Assembly (NCBI GenBank): GCA_025060275.1
Contig: JANXCJ010000003.1
Span: 1-32,514 of the forward strand
Origin: Bacteroidia bacterium
GTDB lineage: Bacteria; Bacteroidota; Bacteroidia; SpSt-205
Length of the DNA stretch: 32,514 nt
Direction of reading: 5' to 3'
Shown here: positions 27,114-32,514 of the stretch, one piece after another
Position numbering within the stretch: position 1 is the stretch's first letter
Layout of the letters: each line of letters opens with the position of its first letter
Made by a program: the position numbers and the translations under genes
Notes under the pieces: model-generated
Told to the model about the DNA's origin: nothing
The model's database searches: none
Seen by the model: the letters and a program-made list of their open reading frames with translations, nothing else

Positions 27114-28568
27114 TTGAATAGGATAGAAGCCAAGAAAGTAGAAAGTTTTAGGCTATCCCTCCTACTTTTTGGACTTACAACCTCTGCGGCTATCCTTTTT
27201 GCCTGTAAGCGTGAGTTTCTTTCACCGCGTGCAGGTGCCCTTCGCTTTTCCAGAGATACGGTAACTTTTGATTCCCTTTTTTCAACCGTACTCTCTCCCA
27301 CACAGCGCTTATGGATATATAATCCCCATAATTTCCCTGTGGTGATACGCTCTGTGCGCTTAGCAGGGGGAGAGAGGAGTCCATTTTCTTTCATTATAGA
27401 TGGGCGAGAGGGGGGGGACTATTCTACCTATACGCTTGCTGCAAGGGATAGTGCCCAGCTATTTATACAGCTGCGTGATACGACATTTATAGATGAAACA
27501 CGAATAGATCGTCTTTTATTTGAAACGGATGAGGGGACCCAAGCGGTCGTCCTAAAAGCTACGCTAATCGCGGCTTATGTTTATAGAGACTTTGGGTTTG
27601 ACAGTGTGGTAGTTTCTCTGCCTACGGATAAACCCATCATAGTTGATGGATACTTTTATGTAGGGCCTGCAGCGACTTTGAGAATATTACCTGGGACGCG
27701 TTTATATTTCTCTGGACGGCGATGGCAGGAGGGCCCCCTCCAAGGAGAATTAGCTTCTGGCTTATACATTGCGGGGAGATTAGAGGCTTTAGGGACGCCT
27801 ACAGCTCCTGTACGGATGCAGGGATGGCGGTTGGAGCCGTACTATGCCCAAGCTGCAGGACAATGGCAAGGGATATGGTTTTTTCCTTCTAGTGCTCGTA
27901 ATAAAATCACTTATACTCACATCTCCCAAACTAGTATAGGAATTCGCATAGACTCTGCAGGGAATTCAGAGGCACCAAAAGTATATATAGAAGGATGCTT
28001 AATTCACAATGCGGCTAATTACGGGATAGTAGTGCAGGGCTTTACGCCTGTCCTTCCCTCCTTCCCCATACTGCATGCTGTAAATACTCTTATCTATCGT
28101 TGTGGACAGGCTTGTGTAGCGTTTGTGGCAGGAGGAGCTTATAGGTTAGTAAATTGTGCTTTCATATACGACCAAGGAGATTTACGCAGGGGTATCACAG
28201 GGTTAGTAGTTACGGATTTTTTCCGCTTCCCTCAGGGAGAGCGTACCTATCCTTTAGACTTTAGGGCATTAAATTCCCTTATTTGGAGCAGTAAAGAAGA
28301 TGCTGTGGCAGCGGAGATAAAGGGTACTCCGCAGCAGTGGACTTTTGATCACTGTGCTCTTCGTCAAAAAGCCTCTCTCCCCGGTACCGGTAATATTTAC
28401 CCTTCTCTTTTGGGATTAGGCTCTGCTGAGGAAGGGTACCCTTTGACAGAGCAGAGCCCTCTGATAGATGCTGGGCTCTATGAAGCGGAACTTTCTCCTG
28501 CAGTAGATATAAACGGCAAGCGGCGAGATAACCAGCCTGACATAGGGGTTTATGAATACGTTCGGTAG
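27114..28568 (+). CDS. Hypothetical lipoprotein (Ig-like N-terminus, right-handed beta-helix, choice-of-anchor-Q-like end); start uncertain
   Basis: Lipobox LFAC. LRFSRDTVTFD; L.ILPGT.LYF...L.I.G.L.A.GT..APV; GQWQGIW; C-terminal SPLIDAG...DING..R...PDIGVYE. Confidence 0.7.
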   Translation: MNRIEAKKVESFRLSLLLFGLTTSAAILFACKREFLSPRAGALRFSRDTVTFDSLFSTVLSPTQRLWIYNPHNFPVVIRSVRLAGGERSPFSFIIDGREGGDYSTYTLAARDSAQLFIQLRDTTFIDETRIDRLLFETDEGTQAVVLKATLIAAYVYRDFGFDSVVVSLPTDKPIIVDGYFYVGPAATLRILPGTRLYFSGRRWQEGPLQGELASGLYIAGRLEALGTPTAPVRMQGWRLEPYYAQAAGQWQGIWFFPSSARNKITYTHISQTSIGIRIDSAGNSEAPKVYIEGCLIHNAANYGIVVQGFTPVLPSFPILHAVNTLIYRCGQACVAFVAGGAYRLVNCAFIYDQGDLRRGITGLVVTDFFRFPQGERTYPLDFRALNSLIWSSKEDAVAAEIKGTPQQWTFDHCALRQKASLPGTGNIYPSLLGLGSAEEGYPLTEQSPLIDAGLYEAELSPAVDINGKRRDNQPDIGVYEYVR

Positions 28569-29631
28569 AGCATTCCGGATCACCACCTTTGGAGAATCGC
28601 ATGGGGTTGGAATTGGGGTGGTCATAGATGGGCTTCCAGGAAACCTGCCTATAGATATAACCCTTATCCAGAAGATGCTTGCGCGGCGTCGCCCGGGTCA
28701 GTCTCAGTTTACTTCTAGTCGCTCTGAGCCTGATGAGGTGGAAGTGCTCAGTGGTCTTTATCAAGGGCGAAGCACAGGGGCTCCCCTTACGCTCTGGATA
28801 GCTAATCGAGATGCCCGTCCTGAAGATTACTCAGCTTTGGCTGAGGTGTATCGCCCCTCCCATGCTGATTTCACTTATCATTACAAATATGCTAATCCTG
28901 ATCCTCGTGGAGGTGGGCGCAGCTCAGCCCGAGAGACAGTGGCTCGGGTAGCCGCAGGAGCCGTAGCCCTTCAACTTTTACAACATATTTATCCTGAATT
29001 AAGGTTAATTGCATGGACGGCGGCGATAGGTCCTTATGCTTCCTCTTATGAACCTGTGAGTATAGAAGAAGTGGAGAAGTCACCTGTGCGGTGTCCTGAT
29101 CTTTCCATAAGTGCCTTGATGGAAGCATATCTTCAACAGCTTCGGGAAGAGGGAGATACAACAGGAGGTATTATTGCGGTGAAGGTAGAGGGAGTGCCCG
29201 TAGGCTTAGGGGAGCCTATTTATGACAAGTTGTCTGCGAGATTGGCATATGCTATGTTTAGCATCAATGCTGTTAAGGGGTTTGAGATGGGGGAGGGGTT
29301 CGGTTCCAGTCAAAAACGGGGCTCCGCGCATAATGACCTTTTTATCGTAGATGAATTAGGTCATATAAGACCTGCTACAAATAATGCGGGGGGTGCTTTA
29401 GGGGGTATTACCAGTGGGGCTCCCCTACTGTTCCGTGTGGCTTTCAAGCCGGTTGCTACCCTCCGCCAACCCCAGCGCACTGTATCACGAGAGGGTAAAC
29501 CCGTCGTGGTCGCAATTGAGGGTCGTCATGATCCCTGCCCGGTGCCTCGCGCCGTACCTATTGTGGAAGCAATGACAGCTATCGTACTGGCAGATTTTGC
29601 CCTCTTAGCACGAGCTTCAGCTCATTTCTGA
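28552..29631 (+). CDS. aroC: Chorismate synthase
   Basis: TTFGESHG, RRRPGQS, RPSHAD, GGGRSSARET, SINAVKGFE, GGITSG and GRHDPC..PRA. Confidence 0.97.
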   Translation: MNTFGRAFRITTFGESHGVGIGVVIDGLPGNLPIDITLIQKMLARRRPGQSQFTSSRSEPDEVEVLSGLYQGRSTGAPLTLWIANRDARPEDYSALAEVYRPSHADFTYHYKYANPDPRGGGRSSARETVARVAAGAVALQLLQHIYPELRLIAWTAAIGPYASSYEPVSIEEVEKSPVRCPDLSISALMEAYLQQLREEGDTTGGIIAVKVEGVPVGLGEPIYDKLSARLAYAMFSINAVKGFEMGEGFGSSQKRGSAHNDLFIVDELGHIRPATNNAGGALGGITSGAPLLFRVAFKPVATLRQPQRTVSREGKPVVVAIEGRHDPCPVPRAVPIVEAMTAIVLADFALLARASAHF

Positions 29632-29676
29632 AACCCATTTGAGTGAATTCTAAGTAAGAGGATAAAGAGCCCTTTC

Positions 29677-31101
29677 CTAACGCAAGAGCGTCAAGGTACC
29701 AGAACGGCGATATGGCTTCCCTTGTAGAGTTTCTACCTCTACCACGAAGACATACACTCCTTCTGCGCAGGGTTCCCCCTTCTTAGTTCCATCCCACCGG
29801 CTTGTAAGCCCTTCTCCTTGCGAGATTAGGGCGCCCCACCTATCATATATCCACCAGCGTAGGGCTTTCAGCTGTCCGCGAGCCTTTATTTCCCAGAAAT
29901 CATTTATCCCATCATTATTAGGTGAAAATGCATTTGGAATAAATACCCAGCCTGGCAGGATAACTACGATTTGACGATAAGCTGTATCACTACATGGAGG
30001 TGCGCTAACGCTTACTTGATATACGCCCGGTTGAGCATAGGAATAGCTTTCTGTGCCTCCTCCATTTCTTATTGTACCTTCTCCGAAATTCCATGTGTAA
30101 TTCTGTGATGTAGGCTGGCTAGCAGCCGTGAAGGTTACTGTTTGTCCTACTTCTATGGTATCCGCAGAAGCAGAGATGGAAACTTGGGTTCGGGGAGTGG
30201 AGAAAGCAAAGTATGGTTCAACGAAATCGCTCCAATTGGGTAAGCTCCACCCTGAGACAATAGGCTGAGCAGGTGTGGGGACCCATAGGACCGTTTTCCA
30301 CTGGGCTAAAGGTCCTTGTACAGGATCGCCTGCCTCGTAATAAACCTGCAGCTCTGCAGGGTCACTGCCAGAAAGCCTCTGGATGTAATGGTCATATAGA
30401 GGATTTATCTCGCATAGCTTAGGATCGCGTTGGTCCCGGTGCCTCCCCTCTGAGGTAGGGTCTACATTTGTCATGCGAACTCCAAAGCGGTGGAGATTAG
30501 AAGTAGAAGGAATTATTTCTACCGGTCTGTACCGAAGGGGAGTATGGCCACCTACGGGAAATAAATATGTAGCCGTGCGATCTGTTACCCTTTCTAAGTA
30601 ACCTCCAATATCACTGGAGACAAAGCCACTCTGACGAGTAATAGAGCCCGGTTCAGGATTGCGAACGGCTGCGATGCGATTCTGCGTTCTGAGTTCTGCA
30701 TTCCCTAAGGAAAGGAGGTGGTCTATATAGAGATGAGTACTGAGAATTTTGGGATCGTTTCCCTGTAGAATAAGGGTATCTGTGCGAATAGGAAAACTTC
30801 CCGATAGATTTTGAATTGCGCCGTTCAAAACAAGTGTGCCGGGGGAGCCTGCAGGAGGAAATAAAAGCCCTGCATCATCATTCTGGATGTCTCCGCTTAT
30901 GTAGACAGTTCCCTCATTTTGGAAGATTCCTCCCGCTTGATTTTGCCACCCTCCTTCACACCAGACTAAACCTCCTGCCTGAAGATAAAGCTGTACCCCC
31001 GTGTTAGTAGCAAGGGGTTGGGCTCTAATCACTTCTCCTTTCCAGAGCAAAAATCCTGCGAGAAGAAGTGATTGTGGGAGGGAAAGCACCCTTCTTTTCA
31101 T
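29677..31101 (-). CDS. T9SS type B (gliding motility-associated/CHU_C) CTD protein with PKD domain
   Basis: Signal peptide ending IRA|Q. N-terminal beta-solenoid, YLFPVG, PKD (YTWNFGEG...Y.QPGVYQV) and CTD IPNAFSPNNDGIND...IYDRWG...WDG...GVY...G.LTLLR. Confidence 0.9.
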   Translation of the reverse strand: MKRRVLSLPQSLLLAGFLLWKGEVIRAQPLATNTGVQLYLQAGGLVWCEGGWQNQAGGIFQNEGTVYISGDIQNDDAGLLFPPAGSPGTLVLNGAIQNLSGSFPIRTDTLILQGNDPKILSTHLYIDHLLSLGNAELRTQNRIAAVRNPEPGSITRQSGFVSSDIGGYLERVTDRTATYLFPVGGHTPLRYRPVEIIPSTSNLHRFGVRMTNVDPTSEGRHRDQRDPKLCEINPLYDHYIQRLSGSDPAELQVYYEAGDPVQGPLAQWKTVLWVPTPAQPIVSGWSLPNWSDFVEPYFAFSTPRTQVSISASADTIEVGQTVTFTAASQPTSQNYTWNFGEGTIRNGGGTESYSYAQPGVYQVSVSAPPCSDTAYRQIVVILPGWVFIPNAFSPNNDGINDFWEIKARGQLKALRWWIYDRWGALISQGEGLTSRWDGTKKGEPCAEGVYVFVVEVETLQGKPYRRSGTLTLLR

Positions 31102-31116
31102 GGCACTCAAAGACTT

Positions 31117-32514
31117 CTAATTTCCTTGTGGCGTAGGTAGTGTAATTCGTTCAGCTTTGTGTCTGCGAGGAGCAGGGGGGAAACGCAAGCCCTCATGCCG
31201 AGAAATAATTTTGCCTGTAGTTGGCTCTACTTCATCCTTCCGATTAGCTATCACGTACCATGAGAAACGTGCATTAGACCGACCCCCTCGCAACTCTCGT
31301 ACCTCAAAGCCACGGCTGGACTTGTTTGTTACATACACGCCTTCGCATTCGTCTTCTAATTGTATGTATACTCGTAGGGGGTGTTGTTCATTTACGACGA
31401 TATTGTTTGCGAAAATTGGATCTAAGGCGATGTAGGCTTGCCCATTTTGCAGTTGCCCGCTACCAAAGTCCATAAAAACCACCTCAGGAGCTTCAGGAGC
31501 GAACATAATTTTATCTTGAAAGTTGCCCGGGCTACTAACTAAAGTTGAAACTTGACCAGGGCCTACTATTTTGTAGGTAGTGCCCATAAATGAACTTCCT
31601 ACGAGCCATCCTTGAGGCACGTTTATGCCTATTTGTAGGTAAGCAGCTTCTCTATCTCCTGCGTCGTTTGTAGCAAATGCAGCAAGACCCGTTTCAGTGC
31701 CTGTAAAGCTACCCCCACTGCCATTGGGAACGACATAGGTAGTAACCGCGCCATTACCACTCCCCGCAATTCCTGTTCCGGTAGCGGAAGCATTATAGCC
31801 CCAAATTCCTACTCCACTAATTCCTCCAGCGGCTGTGAAACCAAGTATTGCAATGGGGTTAGCCCCTGAGCCATAGATAGAGAACTTTATGCCCGGTCCC
31901 GGTGCACCCGGCCCATCTCCCTGGTTCCATATTTGATTGGTCGCGTTTTCTGCCAGAGTGGTATTACAAGTAGAGGTAGGAGAAGTGAATTTCATGATAC
32001 GGTTTGTTGTTGCCGTGACACAGATAGGATTAGGGGCCCATACAGGCGTCCCACCAGGCCCGATTATTAGTATGCTTCCGACAGCACCGGGGGCTAACCA
32101 TACTGGTGGGGCTCCGGCTCCTGCAGACAGAAGAAGACTACCATTTGTACCTGGGAGGTTATTTGGCATGAAAGCTCCTTGAAGGCGAAGATTGCCTTCT
32201 ACATGAAGACGTTCTGTAGGGTTAGCTGTACCTATTCCTATGTTTCCTGTAACGCCGGTAAAGGTGAGGTTGAATCCTCCTAAGGCTATATCTGTGTTTC
32301 GAATGAGGTTGCCCCCTAGTTCTATGGCAGGGGTAGGAGCGAGGGCGAATGTGAGGCCGTTACGCACAGCTGGCGTGGCAATAGTCCAGCTTGCTCCATC
32401 CCATATGAGGATCTGACCGGGGGCATTTCCATTTTGGAGTGTGATGGGGTTAGCTGCAGTTCCATTTCCTGTGATGGGGCTGCTTGTGGCAGCTACTTGT
32501 GAGCCCCAGTTATC
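31117..32514 (-). CDS. Gly-rich fibre/tail-fibre-like surface protein, 5'-truncated by window edge
   Basis: Frame is open to 32514 (DNWGSQVAAT...GQILIWDGASW). Contains GNIGIGTANP..RLHVEG, G..G.LL...G.G.P.W repeats and the C-terminal APEAPEV.F.DFG.GQL.NG...F.W...A.R domain. Confidence 0.7.
   Translation of the reverse strand, partial: DNWGSQVAATSSPITGNGTAANPITLQNGNAPGQILIWDGASWTIATPAVRNGLTFALAPTPAIELGGNLIRNTDIALGGFNLTFTGVTGNIGIGTANPTERLHVEGNLRLQGAFMPNNLPGTNGSLLLSAGAGAPPVWLAPGAVGSILIIGPGGTPVWAPNPICVTATTNRIMKFTSPTSTCNTTLAENATNQIWNQGDGPGAPGPGIKFSIYGSGANPIAILGFTAAGGISGVGIWGYNASATGTGIAGSGNGAVTTYVVPNGSGGSFTGTETGLAAFATNDAGDREAAYLQIGINVPQGWLVGSSFMGTTYKIVGPGQVSTLVSSPGNFQDKIMFAPEAPEVVFMDFGSGQLQNGQAYIALDPIFANNIVVNEQHPLRVYIQLEDECEGVYVTNKSSRGFEVRELRGGRSNARFSWYVIANRKDEVEPTTGKIISRHEGLRFPPAPRRHKAERITLPTPQGN

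Noticed and set aside
27047-27394. 115-aa minus-strand ORF
   Set aside because: Shadow of the lipoprotein gene, with no motifs.
28279-28764. 161-aa minus-strand ORF and the many other short overlapping ORFs in the track
   Set aside because: Antisense or alternate-frame shadows of well-supported genes, without protein-like signatures.
31117-32514. Tail-fibre-like gene as evidence of a prophage
   Set aside because: No other phage genes are present, and its context is a T9SS cargo locus typical of Bacteroidota chromosomes.

Overview
Gene-dense, mostly housekeeping window from a Bacteroidota genome. Evidence for the phylum: T9SS type A and type B C-terminal domains, TAnnTTTG -7 promoter boxes, Gln at +1 after signal peptides, and no Shine-Dalgarno (SD) sites at most starts. 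Frequent ATA/AGA codons and E/K/R/P-rich proteins hint at a thermophile, but this is inference. The window holds about 28 intact CDSs, including prfB with its programmed +1 frameshift, mutS, pdxJ, purE, msrA, aroC, an rluD-like gene, PBP1A, rfaE2, a thiolase, a UbiD-family menaquinone decarboxylase, mrp/nifU and an LptF/G permease. It also holds one multiply frameshifted T9SS-cargo pseudogene. No tRNA, rRNA, CRISPR array or mobile element was seen. The most noteworthy signals are: (1) -7 promoter boxes only 4-5 nt before start codons, suggesting widespread leaderless mRNAs; (2) an output-less CHASE2 sensor paired with a secreted FecR-like/Ig/DUF928-like protein; (3) a YghO/bCerS-like GNAT (candidate ceramide synthase) beside a thiolase and UbiD; (4) a beta-barrel-like protein with a 105-aa charged repeat tail; (5) a fibre-like protein plus T9SS-B partner with no downstream PorP/SprF. 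All product calls come from motif recognition by eye, not database searches.
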